From: Hypanus sabinus
Taxonomy: Eukaryota
DNA length: 64,000 nucleotides
Reading direction: 5' to 3'
Assembly: GCF_030144855.1 (NCBI RefSeq)
Contig: NC_082731.1
Location: 22,878,001 to 22,942,000 of the forward strand
The number at the start of each line of letters is the position of its first letter. The first letter of the stretch is position 1. A program made the position numbers and the translations under genes. The notes under the pieces are model-generated. The model had not been told where the DNA came from, searched no databases, and was given only the letters and a program-made list of their open reading frames with translations. Below are positions 51,035 through 64,000 of the stretch, in pieces.

Positions 51035-53230
51035 TCTTCTCTTTTATTTCTTTCTTTTATTAAATATTTTTTTATTGATTTTAAAGAAACATAAATGAAG
51101 CATGCCTACAAAGATCTTGAGAGTCCATAAATAATAGGTTAATGTATAAATAAAAATAAATGATAATCCATATATAATATCCTCACAAACTCATAGTGGT
51201 TACAAACATTGGAGAGAATAAGAAAAAAACAAAATATAGAAAATAAAATCCTTACCGACATGGGCCATTGCATTATATGAAGTGTAACCAATAGTGTCAA
51301 TAACTCCGCATCTCCATCCAGATAATTAAGGATGATAAGAGAATGGTTTAGGAAAACTCTGTTTAGCTCATACGAAAATGTTGAATAAATGATCTCCAAC
51401 TTTCTTCAAATTTAACTGAAGGGTCAAAGACAGCACTTTTATTTTTTTTAACTCAATCAAGAAATATTTTGAACAAAACCACTGAAATATAGTTGGAGGA
51501 TTAACTTCCTTCCAGTTCAATAAGATAGATGTTCTAGACATTAATGAAACAAATGCAATCATCCGCTTAGCTGAGGGTCATAAACATCCTTAATCCACCA
51601 TCGGTAAACCGAAAATTGCAGTAGTAAGTTGCGGTTGCAGTTTGGTATTCAGAACTGTTGGAATAATACCAAAAATATCTTTCCAATAATTTTTCAAACA
51701 GAGGCGAAAGCAAAACATGTGGGTCAATGAAGCGACTTTGGAATGACATCTGCCACTGGTGAGATTAACATAAAAATAAAATCGAGCAGGTTTATCCTTG
51801 GACATGTAAGCCTTATGTACAACCTTAAATTGTATTAGGACATGTTTAGCACAAATAGAAGAGAATTGCCTAATTTTAATATTTTGTCCCATTGCTTTGT
51901 GGATATAAGACAGTGAAGTTCTTTTTCAAATTCCTTCTTGATTTTTGTCTGATACTTCGGGCTGTAATTTTGTGATCATGTTATAAAGTATGGCTACTAA
52001 ACCGTTCTGGCAAGGATTCAGAGCTAAAACTATTTTTCCCGGTAATATCCATTGGACATGATTTCAGAAAGACTTCAGCATATTATTGAAGAAATTTCTA
52101 ACTTTCAAATATGTGAAAAATTGACTTTAATGCAAATTATATTTACTGGATAGCTTTTCTAAGGACGTAAATCCGTTAACAAAATAGATCTCGAAAAAAT
52201 GTTATGCCTTTGTTTTTCCTTGACACAAAGGCTTGATTCATAAAAGATGGCTGAAAATAAGATAGATATAATAGGGCCTGATAAGATAAACGTATTCAAG
52301 CCGAAGCATTTACGAAATTGAAACCATATTTGTAATGCATGTTTAACTATTGGATGAGTTATTTGTTTATTCTATTTAAATGAAGCAAAAGGAAGCGAAG
52401 ATCCTAAAAAAGAAAACAATGAGAAATCTTGTACAGATTTACATTCCAAATTTACTCATTGTGGGCAAGGTACTATCATTGATTCTTGTGTCCAAAATAT
52501 TAAATATCGAATATTAACTGCCCAGTAGTAAAACCATAGGTTTGGCAAAGCCAACCCCCCATTCGTTCTCAGGCTTCTGTAAATAATTTTTATTTAATCT
52601 TGATAATTTATTCTGCCACCCATACGAGGATATTTCGGATTCAATAATATGAAAAAAAAAAAAAGATTTAGGAATACAAATTGGTAATGCTTGAAATAAG
52701 TATAAACATTTGTGTAATACTTTCATCTTGACAGCCTTAATTCGCCCAACCAATGACAAAGATAATGGCTACCTCATGGTAATAATTTGCTTGATTTGGT
52801 CAATTAAAGGTTAAACAAAACTTTAAATTAATCCTTATGTTTCTTGGCAATTTTAATACCTAAACATATAAAATGATGTGTAGCAACTTTAAATGGTAAG
52901 AGTATATAGATTGAAACTTGCATTTTAATGGCATTAATTCTCTCTAATTAAAATTCAGTTTGTAAACAGAAAAGCTACCAAACTGAGCAAGCAAGGATAG
53001 CAGGAATAGAACTCTCAGGGTCAGATATGTATGGTAACAAATCATCAGCATATGGTGATATCTTATAAGTACCTTCCCTATGGTTATTACCAAAAATATT
53101 AGATGATTCACGAATGGGAATGTCTAACGATGAGTACAGTATCAGAGAGGGAAGGCATTTTGGGATTAATCCGAGCTCAAAGGACTTGATAAAGATCATA
53201 TCGTTCAGCGTTTTAGGCAATGGTAGAACT
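51035..53230 (-). mobile_element. 5'-truncated fish-type L1 (L1/Tx1 group) LINE
   Basis: Antisense YADDLL RT motif, SLVGRI.AVKM.VL...LYLFQALP, C-terminal FMWFA/WK...P segment and an A-rich 3' tail at ~51035-51085. Confidence 0.88.
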
Positions 53231-53489
53231 TGGACTTCGTTCAGAAATTATGAAATGCACATTTGAGTTGAGGATCTGCAAAGTCAGGAAGGTTTGTTTA
53301 GAGACCACCCTCCAGACAAAAGGTTGACACTTCGCAGGAATATTTTTTTCGGGGAAGTCTCTTCTTACTGACAGTATAAATCACATGGACGTTTCAATGT
53401 ATCACTATAAGTCTGTGCTGCGATGAACACCCGTGAAGAACAGTTTCTACGTTTGAATGCTTTTTGCCGACTAACGTACGATGGCAGGA

Positions 53490-53960
53490 CAAAAGTCCTA
53501 GACACGGCGGTCCTGAGAGAGGAGTAGCACCCACAGCGACTACACCCTACTACAGAAAGCCCAAGCCAGATGGGATGACCATGTTGTCAGAATGCCTGAC
53601 AGTTGACTACCAAAATAGCTGCTGTGTAGAGAGCTGAGCCATGGCAAGCGCACAGTTGGAGGGCAGAACAAACCTTTCAAAGACTGCCTCAAAGACCTAA
53701 ACATCTATCCCAGTAGCTGGAATCGCTTGCTCTGGACCGCCCAACCTGGTGGGCGCCCGATCAGACGCACTGCAGAGGCTCATTGGAAACGCGCTGGGCG
53801 CAAGGTTTAAGCTACCTGCAGTTCCTACCCTCATATGTCCAACATGTAGGCGAGCTTTCAGTTCCCGGATTAGCCTCACCAGGCACCACTGGACCCACAG
53901 TCACAAAACCTCCACCTGACAGATGTCGTTGTCGTCTTCGATCCGAAGGACAAAATACAT
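53490..53960 (+). mobile_element. RTE-clade LINE 3' fragment
   Basis: Translates as KAQARWDDHVVRMPDS*LPK*LLCRELSHGKRTVGGQNKPFKDCLK, the RTE/BovB-like C-terminal motif. Confidence 0.82.
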
Positions 53961-54599
53961 TCGTAACCTTGCGCCTGAATTTGTTTCAATTTCGCAAAGG
54001 CCAAATACCAGCAATAGTCAGCTGGACCCATCCAGTCTCTCCTGATAAGGCAGACTTTGAACATCTTTGGAAGGCTCTCATGCACCCTTTTCACCCAGCT
54101 ACTTCCATCTGCACTACGGCGACTTGAACTTTAGGAATTACAGTTGGTGCCGCCGCGCAGTTATAACAGTAGTTCCATATCTTGATATCAGTACCAAATA
54201 CGCCGATGGTAAGCAAGACATTCTATTCACTCCACTTATACATCCAAGAGACAATGCACTTTTGCCCAAAAGCCTCTGCTCTATGAGATCAACCTACCAC
54301 GTACTAGGTAATCGCTAGCCTGGTATATCTTATTGAAATGCATCACATCCCGCTTACCTATATTGAGATCGAAATGCTTGTTGCTTGTTTGCCCAGCAAA
54401 AGTGGGGAAAATTCGATTTCGGAATAGCGAATAGCAGTTAACTGTCAACTGTTGCCAACATGATAGATTTAATTTAACTTGACGACCTTCGCTATTAAGT
54501 ATCTGATTTCTCTTTATGTGCGGCGCATCGGGGTTGATATTGTGTGCTTTATTTGTAGAATATCATTTACTGTTCTAACGTCTTGAATTTTTCTTCTAT

Positions 54600-54887
54600 T
54601 GACATATAGAGGCAGGTATTGGGATATTTGACCCATCGAGTGTGCTGCTCCTTATTTCATAAAGTCAGATTGAAACTTCCTCTCAGCCCCAGTGTTCTGT
54701 CTTCTGCCCATTTACCCCAACTCTTGACTAATCTATTACATATACATTTTTTACTTCAATATGCATAAAGTCTTGCCCTCCACACCTCCGTATGGCTTCG
54801 ATTCACAGAGAGGCATCACGCTCTTGGTGAACGAAATTCCTCCGCATCTTTTTTTTTTACTAAAAGAACACCGTTTATTCTGAGATG
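54600..54887 (-). mobile_element. Decayed CR1 3' end running into the gap
   Basis: ATTTGACCCATCGAGTGTGCT...GAAATTCCTCCGCATC is an antisense CR1 3'UTR. Confidence 0.65.
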
Positions 54888-55111
54888 NNNNNNNNNNNNN
54901 NNNNNNNNNNNNNNNNNNNNNNNNNNNNNNNNNNNNNNNNNNNNNNNNNNNNNNNNNNNNNNNNNNNNNNNNNNNNNNNNNNNNNNNNNNNNNNNNNNNN
55001 NNNNNNNNNNNNNNNNNNNNNNNNNNNNNNNNNNNNNNNNNNNNNNNNNNNNNNNNNNNNNNNNNNNNNNNNNNNNNNNNNNNNNNNNNNNNNNNNNNNN
55101 NNNNNNNNNNN
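54888..55111. other. Assembly gap (224 N)
   Basis: Run of N. Confidence 1.
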
Positions 55112-55280
55112 TTCCCGCTCGATGAATTATTTTGCTATTAGATAGATTTCAATGTCATCACCCCTTATCCTTCCGACTTCCTGTGACTATGCAAACAGAA
55201 TCATTAAACGTTCCTGATATGCAAGCCATTCCAACCTAAAATGATTTTAGTGAACGTCGTCTGAACCCGTTCCAGTTTGA

Positions 55281-56050
55281 ATGAATGAATGAATGAATGT
55301 ATGGCATTTTATTTCGGTCAGTATAAACAAACTGAAAAGTATCAATTTTAACGATTATTTCATAATTGTGATTTCATAAAACAACATTAAATAATAAAAA
55401 ATAGCAATAAAACAGACAAAGTGTACAGACTGAAGCTACAGCTTATTGAGCCTCCCTCACTTACCGATCAGGGGTGATTTATAAGTTTGTGGCCTTATGT
55501 AGAAGGACTCAAGTTTAGAAAAACTAGCACTTTTATTTGTCAACATTTTGTCTCCTCCTAACGAAACACATTTCCAAGTATCATTTATCGAGATCACCCC
55601 CATTCATTCTAAATCAATTATATTATATTTTTTCATGAAATTATTCTTAAATAACCTGTTTCACTTGTTAAGAGCGGCACATTTTTTAAAAATTCTTCTA
55701 CAACTGTTCCATACATTCACACCTTGATTGAAATACAAAGATTATTCTTATTAACATTTCTTCTTATCTTCTGTTTTTGACATATACACATGTATCTCAA
55801 ATCATGTCGACTTTCTTTCAGTTTACACAATCTTTGGATACTTTGAGGTAATTAACCTTTTTTTAACTTTATACATAAATTGTATTATTCTAAAATCTAC
55901 GAAATCTCTGAATTGTAACTTGTTTATTTGAAGAATAGTGGATTGTTTGGCTCATAATAAGTTGGTTTATGCAAAGTTCGTAAGAATTTATTTCTGAGTA
56001 GTCAAATTGAGATTGTAATTGCTTTGAATGTATTCTCCCATACCGCTACA
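55281..56050 (-). mobile_element. AT-rich Crack/L2-like non-LTR 3' fragment with (TTCA)n tail
   Basis: The antisense translation gives FRDFVDFRIIQFMYKVK..LPQSIQRLCKLKESRHDLR...GVNVWNSC. The 3' end has AATAAA followed by (ATTC)n at 55281-55300. Clade assignment is tentative. Confidence 0.65.
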
Positions 56051-56550
56051 CATTAAGCCATGTAAGGGATTAAGGGAACAGAATACAGATTTCAGCCCAT
56101 GCTTTGCAGTGTAAGGTACGACGCCTAAAGCTGTTCATAATACTCCGAATGAGGCTTCAGCAATGTCTCATAAATTCTCTTTTTTCAATCGTTTTATTGA
56201 ATTTCATATATATAAAAAAACATAACATAATACTAAATAGGTTATAAATACAATAGACTTGAAATTAGATTAATAATAGGACAACAATACCCGATTAAAA
56301 TATCAACAGAAAACATAGTACATTGTCAATCAAGCCTATAATGGTTATATGAAAAAAAAGAATAATCGACAAAAGAAAAAGAAAATATTGTGAAAATACA
56401 AACAGTAAAAAATATATATTGAAAAAAAAAATACTAAACTAAATTAACATGGGCAATAATAACAGTTTATTTGTATATGATAGTGCCAAAAACTCCGGAA
56501 CTCCATACCAGAACAAGAATAAATGGAGAGAAGGTCTGGAAGCGGTCAAA

Positions 56551-59500
56551 TTAATTCATATGAAAATGTCGAATGAACGGTCCCCAGGTTTCTTCAAATT
56601 TAACTGATGAGTCAAAAATAGTGCTTCTAATTGTTTCCAAGCTCAAACAAGAAATAGTTTGAAAGAGCCACTGAGACGTGGTAGGAGGATTCTCTTCTTT
56701 CCAATTTTGTAATATAGACCTTCTGGACATTAATATTACAAAAGCCATCACTCGTCTAATTGAAGGGGAAAACTGAATACCATCCTCATTTGGTATACCA
56801 AAAATTGCAGTAATAAAATGAGGTTGTAAATCGATATACCAAATTGAGGAAATTGTAGCAAATTGTCCTTCCTATAGTTACATAAGGTGGGACATGACCA
56901 AAACATATGGGTTAATGTAGCCACATCTGAATGACATCTGTCACATTGAGGGTTAATATGAGAGTAGAATCGAGCAAGTTTATCTTTAGACATATGAGCT
57001 CTATGTACAACTTTAAATTGTATTAGAGCATGTTTAGCACATATAGAAGAAAAAATAACCATTTGTAAAATTTCTTCCCATTTATCTAATGATATATTAT
57101 ATTGGAGTTCTTTTTCCCAATCTTGTTTAATTCTACCTGATATTTCTGGTTGTATCTTCGCAATCATATTATAAATGAAAGCCACTAATCCTTTCTGATA
57201 TGGATTTAAAGTAAAAATCAAAACTAAAAAGTCCATTGAAATTGAATTAGGAAAGGATGGTAGAATTTTATGTAAAAAATTTCTAATTTGTCGATATCTA
57301 AAAAAGTTAGATTTAGGTAACTTAAATTTGTTGGAAGGTTGGTCGAAAGACATCAAACTACCTTCAAAAAAGAGATCACGAAAGCATTTTATACCTTTCC
57401 TTTTCGATATGCTAAAAGGTTGATCTGTCAAAGAAGGTTTGAAAAAAAAAGTACAATAGGGCTATCAAGAACAAAGTTTTTCAGAGTAAAAGATTTACGA
57501 AATTGAAACCAAATTCGTAATGTATGTTTGACAACAGGGTTGGATATCTGTTTATTAAATATAACTAAATCGGCAGAAAGAGAAGAACCCAAAATGGAAA
57601 ATAGAGAATATCCCTGTGCCTCTTTGCATTCTAAATTTACCCACTGTGGGCACAATGGTGAATCCAAATCTAATTTCCAATAAATTAAGTTACGAATATT
57701 ATTCGCCCAATAGTAAAATCTAAAGTTAGGTAAGGCATCTTTTTTGGATTTCTCTAATTGTATTTTGCTTAGCCTAGGATTTTTATTTTGCCACACAAAT
57801 GAAGAAATTTTTGAGTCAATGTTATCAAAAAAAGATTTAGGAATAAAAATTGGTAAAGCTTGAAATAAATATAAAAATTTCGGTAGAATCATCATTTTAA
57901 TAGCATTAATCTGACCAACGAATGATAAGGATAAGGGAGGCCATCTTATAGTAAGTTGTTAAATTTGATGAAGCATAGGTAAAAAATTCAATGTAAATAA
58001 ATCTTTATATTTCTTGGTAATTTTAATACCTAAATAGATAAAGTTATCATTAACAACTTTAAATGGTATTCTTTCAGCCAATAAAGTTTGCGCGTTTAAA
58101 GGGAATAAATCACTCTTATCCAAGTTTAATTTATAACCAGAAAAACTACCAAATTGAGCCAACAAAGATAAAATAGCGGGAATAGACCTGCCATGATCAG
58201 AAATATATAACAACAAGTCATCAGCATAAAGTGATAACTTGTATAATTTCTCATTACGAGTAATACCAAAAATATCAGGAGGTTCACGAATCGCAATGGC
58301 TAAAGGTTCTAATGCAATATTAAACAATAAAGGACTTAAGGGACAACCTTGTCTCGTACCACGAGATAATTGAAAAAAAGAGGATCTATAATTATTTGTA
58401 AGAACAGAAGCAACAGGTTTATAATATATTAGTTTGATCCATGATATAAAATTAGGACTAAAATTAAAATATCTCAAAGCGTTAAATAAGTATACCCATT
58501 CAACTCTATCAAAAGTTTTTTTCAGCATCTAATGAAATAACACATTCTGGAATTGTGGGTGATGAAGTACAAATTATATTAATCAATGTTCTAATATTAA
58601 AAAAGGAATACCGATTCTTAATAAAACCAGTTTGGTCTTCTGAAATACTCTGTGATAGTACCTTTTCTAACTTAATAGCTAAAATTGTTGCAAGACTCGT
58701 AGAGTCTACATTTAATAATGATATAGGGCGATAAGATGTACATAAATGGATCCTTATCTTTTTTGAGAATTAGAGAGATAGTAGCTTCATAAAAAGACTG
58801 AGGTAATCTCTTCTTAACAAATGCATCATTAAAAATTTCACATAACCAAGGGGAAAGCAGATAAGAAAAAGTTTTTAAAAATTCTATAATATAACCATCA
58901 GGACCAGGAGCTTTCCCTGAATTCATTGATGAGATACCCTCTCCTATTTCGGCCAAAGAGATAGGAGCGTCAAACAATCTACAATCTTCATCTGTCAGTT
59001 TGGGAATATTCAAATTATTAAAAAAAATATCCATCATGGACAGATCACCATAAAATTCTGATTGATATAAAGATTTATAAAAATCTTGAAAAGTGTTATT
59101 GATTTCTTTATGATCAGTAGATAGATTGCCATCTTGTTTACGAATTTTTATAATTTGTCGCTTAGTCGAGATAGCTTCTAATTGGTTAGCTAACAGCTTA
59201 CCAGTTCGATCACTATGGATATAACATTGAGCCCTGGTCTTAATTAATTAATTCTCAATTGAAGAATATAATAACAAGCTATGCTCCATTTGAAGCTCAA
59301 CTCTCTTCTTATAAAGTTCTTTAGTAGGAGTCACGGAATAAATCTTATCAATTTCTTTAATTTTATCCACTAATAGAGCAATATCTAAATATCTTTGTTT
59401 TCTTTTACCAACGGAATATGAGATAATTTGTCCACGGATAAAAGCATTAAAAGAGTCCCAGAGTATTCCTTTGTCAAACTCTTCAGTATAGTTTGTTGAG

Positions 59501-59721
59501 AAAAACAAGTCAATTTGCTGTTTTATGTAGGTGATGAATTCTGGATCTTGAAGCAAAGTAGCGTTAAGTCTCCAAGATCTAGTATTATTGGAAAAGTCCG
59601 TACTCTTGATAGATAAATTCAAAGGTCCATGATCCGAAATAGCAATAGAATCATATTTACATCAATAACATCTGTTATCAAACGATGATCAATAAGGAAA
59701 TAATCAATTCTAGAATAACAG

Positions 59722-59755
<34 letters not shown>

Positions 59756-60359
59756 ACTGCGATATATAACTGTGAAAAAGAACGAAAATTCTTTATCTTT
59801 AGGGTTCAAAAACCGCCATATTTCAGTAATTCCCGAATCAACCATAAAAGAATTAATAAGTAAGGCTGATCTATTCGGATGAATTCGAACAGGTTTAGAT
59901 CTATCCATCGAAGGATTCAAACAACAATTGAAATCTCCACCCATTATCAACATATATTCATTTAGATTAGGAAGGGAAGTAAATAAACGTTTAAAAAATC
60001 AGGGCAGTCAAGGTTTGGAGCATAAATATTAACTAGAACCACTTTTCGATTAAAAAGTGAACCAGTTATCAACAAAAATCTGACCTGTGGATCAGAAGTT
60101 ATTTCACGATGTGTAAAGGAAATTGAGGGGTCTATAAAAATAGACACACCTCTAATTTTGGTGGTACAATTCGAGTGAATTTATTGACCTTTGCAGAACC
60201 TAAAAAAGCGTTGATTATCCTCCCTCCTAATATGGGTCTCCTGTACAAAAATAATATTAGCATTTAGTCTATGGAATACTTTAAATATTTTTTACGTTTA
60301 ATCGGATGAATTATACCATTAGTATTCCAAGAGATAAAATTAATAGACTGATCCATCAT
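56551..60359 (-). pseudogene. L1 ORF2 (APE endonuclease + RT) pseudogene
   Basis: Fragmented ORFs from 59962-60147 down to 56551-56751, separated by frameshifts. Confidence 0.9.
59724..59752. repeat. (AT)n microsatellite inside L1 endonuclease
   Basis: Directly visible. Confidence 0.95.
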
Positions 60360-60569
60360 GCCAATATTAGTTGTGTATATCATAAAAGGTTAAAAAGACA
60401 CATACCACATAATTCAGGAAGAAGGAAACATTATTCAGGAGCAACCGGTGAACATGACACCTCAACAATATTAATAATTTAAAGTCGGCCCATAAACTAA
60501 AAGCAAAATTAAAGCAAAAGCGTGAAAAAGATCCCAATAAATTCTCAACATAACATCCTTGTTTTTATA

Positions 60570-61105
60570 TACTAGATCTATTGAACTGAATGTAAGCATC
60601 GCTCTTGACTTCCTCAACGCAGAATCAACCTGCATATTAATCTTCTGGAAGCGTGCACAAACAATCCCTATTTCTTTGTATGATTGTTTGAATTTTTTGT
60701 CTATCCATTGAGTAAATTGTCAAAGCTTTCACTTCCCTTACGATTCCCTATTGCTTTTGCACTTTTTTAACATTTCTACTGTCTTGGCTAAGTCCATCTG
60801 TAGCCCATCTACGTTCTCAAACTCATTGTCACTCTACCCACCTTCGTATTCAGTAAAGACAATAATTCCATAATTCAAGTGATTAACAATTAACGTATAA
60901 ACAGCAGTCTCCTGTGTAACACCACCAGTCACTAGCAGTCAACCACAAAAGGCTACCGTTACTTTCATACGTTGCGTCATTTCAGTCAGACACTGTTTGA
61001 TCCTTGTCAGAATCTGCGCAGTAATACCATGAAACTGCAGCGGTTAAACAAACTCAGGTGTGAAGGCTTCTCACGGGCGTTCTGAAAAACCCAAATATAC
61101 CAAAT
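60570..61105 (-). mobile_element. Old, highly decayed CR1 RT fragment
   Basis: Antisense VTSGV-like ACACCACCAGTCACTAGC and other RT remnants. Confidence 0.55.
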
Positions 61106-61119
61106 CAACCAACAGTCAG

Positions 61120-61630
61120 TAGACAATAGACAACAGGTTCAGGAGTAGGCCAATCGGCCCTTCTAGCCAGCTCCGCCATTCACTGTTATCATGGTGATCA
61201 TACCCCGTTCCTGCACTCTGCCCATATCCCTTGACCCCGCTATCGATGAGATCTATCTAACTCTCTCTTGAATGCATCCAGCGACTTAGCCTTCACTGCC
61301 TTCTGGGGCAGAGCATGGTACATATACTCAACTCTCTGGCTGAAAAGGTTTATCCGCATCTGAGTTCTAAATGACCTACCCCTTATTCTTCAACTGTGGC
61401 ATCTAGTTGTGGACTCATCCATCAGCGGGAACATGCTTTCTGCCTCCAGCGTGTCCAATTCCTTAATAATCTTATATGTCTCAATCAGACCCCCTCTCAT
61501 CATTCTAAATTCCAGTGTCTACAAGCCCAGTCGCTCAAATCTTTCAACATATGACAGTCCCGCTATTCCGGGAATTAACCTTGTGAACCAACGCTGCATC
61601 CCCTCAACAGCAAGAATGTCCTTCCTCAAC
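61120..61630 (-). mobile_element. CR1 3' fragment
   Basis: Antisense tail AGACAATAGACAACAGG...GGAGTAGGCCAATCGGCCC plus ORF2 C-terminal remnant. Confidence 0.88.
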
Positions 61631-62209
61631 TTCCTGTTTCCTACACCTTCGAAGGATTTCAACAGATTTGTTGGACAGGATTTACCCACGACGAATCCAC
61701 GCCAGCCACAGTTGTTTTTTTTTTAATCTTTTTTAATTTTATTTAATCATTTGCCTGCAAGTACTCCGAATCTACTTACTCCTCAAACAAATCCGCCATC
61801 TTCCTAAACACTGAAGTCAGACTTACAGGCGTATGAATTCGATTGCCCTGCCTCTCACCCTGTTCAAAAGTGTAGTGGCAATTTCAATGTTGCTGTATTC
61901 CAGAAACAGTACAGAATGTATTAATACTACAAAGATAATTAATAATCACTCCGAAATCAATTCAGCCACCAATTTCAGAACTCATATTCCTCCCCCATAG
62001 TTTCCTTTACAGGAAAACATATTTCATGTAACCGTTGACAAAATTTCCAGGAGAACAGCTTCACCACATAATGTTTTTGAACTGAAATGACTTTACTTTT
62101 ACCTCCTTCACATGCATGAGGAGTAAACCTCTTTACATAATGTCTTTGTTTCAATGTGCAATGTGCAATTATAGCAATTTATAATACTTTGTGATCAATT
62201 GGACAGTGA

Positions 62210-63125
62210 AAGTGGGATGTAACTACGCTCGTCATCATGAGTTAATCAGTTTGATGGGCTGGTGGAAGAAGCTGTCCCTGAGCCTGTTGGTTTTGAATTT
62301 TATGCCGAATTGTATCAGCTGTAATAGATTGTTTTTGGCGTGACGCAGGGCCCGAAGATCTTTCGGGCCCTTTATCACATCTGTCTTTGCAAATGTCCCG
62401 AATCATGGGAAGTTCACAGCTACTGATGCTTTAGTTTTCAGCTGTAACTCTGCAGAATCATGCGATGAAGGGAAGGAATTCCCCTGTTATGCAGTAATGC
62501 AGGCAAGCAGGATACTCTCAGATGTGTCCCTGTAGAAATTTTTAGTAATTGGGTCCAATAAAAAACAACTTCCACCGTCTAAAGGGACGGTGACTTCTTC
62601 CCTCTAGGTTGCCATATTATTTATTGAGATTGGGACAGTCAGTGTAGTATCGTCCGCAAATTTAATTAGCGGATTTGAGCACTGCGTTGCGACAAATTGA
62701 TGGGTACACAAGGAGTAAAGGAGGACACTTACTGCACAGCCCTGAAGGGCTCCTGTCTGGAGAGCCAGAGAGGTGCAGGTGAGAGACCACACTCTTCTCA
62801 TCTGCTGGCGAACTGACTGGAACAGACAGACAGACAGATAGACATGCTTTATTGATTCCGAGGGATATCTGGTTTCGCTACAGCTGCACCAACCAAGAAT
62901 AGTGAAGAAATATAGCAAAAATCCCAGACATAGTTAAATAAAATCATTTGATCATCCCAAGTGGAATTAATTCCACGACCAGCTATTGCCACTGGTTTTC
63001 TGACACTCAGAGAGGAGTTGTAGTGTTTGATGGCCACAGAGAGGAATGACTTCCTAGGACGCTCAGTGTTACATTTCTGTGGAATGCGTCTCAGTCTGAA
63101 TGTACTCCTATGCCTAACCAGTACC
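62210..63125 (-). mobile_element. Rex1/Babar-clade LINE fragments
   Basis: TGALQGCAVSVLLYSLCTHQFVATQCSNPLIKFADDTT (RT) and CNTERPRKSFLSVAIKHYNSSL (C-terminus). Confidence 0.8.
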
Positions 63126-63129
63126 GCTC

Positions 63130-64000
63130 CTCCAGCCAACCCCTCACCAGAAGTTTTCCAGCATCGCCCCGCAAGGTGCGAACCCGGGCTTGTGTTACCG
63201 AGGTGGAGGTAGAAACTGACGAAGAGCAGCCCGCAATGCAGTTGCAACCAGCGCCGCGCCGACCCCGTCTTTGTACACGAAAGGATGTTTGTTACTGTGC
63301 GGTTAGGCAGGTCATTTCGCCTGTGAATGTCCCGCACCGGCACAATGTCACAGTTCAGAGCAGCCATTGGGAAATTTCGAGCGGGAAGCGCCGCCCGAGT
63401 CCTCCAGCAGATCCACACCGTGTTGTTCAACTGTGTGCGGAGCAGGGATTTTACGTCGACAGCATGGTATAGGGCATCAAATGGTGTGCACTGGTGCACA
63501 CCGGCTCAACCATCAGCATCATCCGTTCAAGAACAAGCCATCCCCGCCTGTGTGGACAATGACGACAGTCCAGCTGGTGCGGCCATCGCTAACAGTGCGC
63601 CAATGCGAAAGAAGAGCGGGTTTCGCATCGCAGTGGAGAAAAACGCAATGGTGAAGGAGCTGTGGTTCGCCTACTTTCAAGAGTCCTGAAACCATGGCCT
63701 GGACTTGCTATTCTGCTGGGCGACCCATGTGGATGCCACACTCTCCCTGGTACTAAAACCAAGGCACTCCGGCAGGGCAGCTCCAGGAATCCGTCCCACC
63801 GGGTGCAGCAACCTCCACCAGTTTCATAGCAGCCTGTAGTAGTGCAGCACACCCGGCCGCTGCACAACGCAACAAAGCTGAAACACGGGAAGAAGCGTTT
63901 ATAGCGTTTCAGGAGACAACCCGCGACAACTTCGACATCATGTTGTGCAGCGGACATGTGCGCAATCCACTGTTGGCCCACGTGTGGGAATGGCTGAGTG
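63130..64000 (+). mobile_element. Decayed Gypsy internal fragment (gag knuckle and protease)
   Basis: Paralogue of 21320-22510 with the same motifs, more decayed. Confidence 0.75.

Larger units (their letters stand above)
56178..60560 (-). mobile_element. Fish-type L1 LINE with complete but disrupted ORF2, 5'-truncated
   Basis: ORF2 start MMDQSINFISWNTNG at 60359, endonuclease (VNIYAPN, GGDFN), RT (KAPGPDG, KTFDRVEW, RQGCPLSPLLF, YADDLL, YLGI) and a C-terminal C/H motif (CDRC...HMFWSC). AATAAA and an A tail at ~56180-56200. Confidence 0.95.
61990..64000 (+). repeat. Segmental duplication, copy 2 (paralogous to 20195-22166), runs off the window
   Basis: Collinear with copy 1 through unique sequence and nested TE fragments. 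Confidence 0.92.

Noticed and set aside
62849-63499. 216 aa minus-strand ORF as a novel gene
   Set aside because: It is a chance fusion of antisense Gypsy sequence and a Rex-Babar C-terminal remnant.

Overview
Eukaryotic, repeat-rich vertebrate genomic DNA, most consistent with a cartilaginous fish (shark, skate or ray). That is inferred from the CR1 families with esterase ORF1 and (TATTGTC)n-type tails, fish-type L1/Rex-Babar/sushi elements and the style of the TCR V segment. About two thirds of the window is decayed or young retroelements: at least four large CR1 LINEs plus small fragments, two fish-type L1s, RTE, Rex1/Babar and Crack/L2-like fragments, a decayed sushi-type chromovirus (32655-37701, minus) and a very young Gmr1-type Gypsy element (45398-50960) with an in-frame integrase deletion. 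The only host gene I can support is one T-cell receptor alpha/delta-type V segment (43890-44342, leader + intron + V exon + 23-RSS). It has a 1-nt frameshift in an A7 run and Leu in place of the conserved FR2 Trp. A ~2 kb block near 20.2-22.2 kb recurs at 62-64 kb, and there is an unexplained ~435 bp tandem triplication at 28.2-29.4 kb. There are three N gaps. I found no rRNA, tRNA or CRISPR features and no convincing D, J or C segments. I did not find a clearly new biological system; the best leads are listed under findings. All alignments and identities were estimated by eye.
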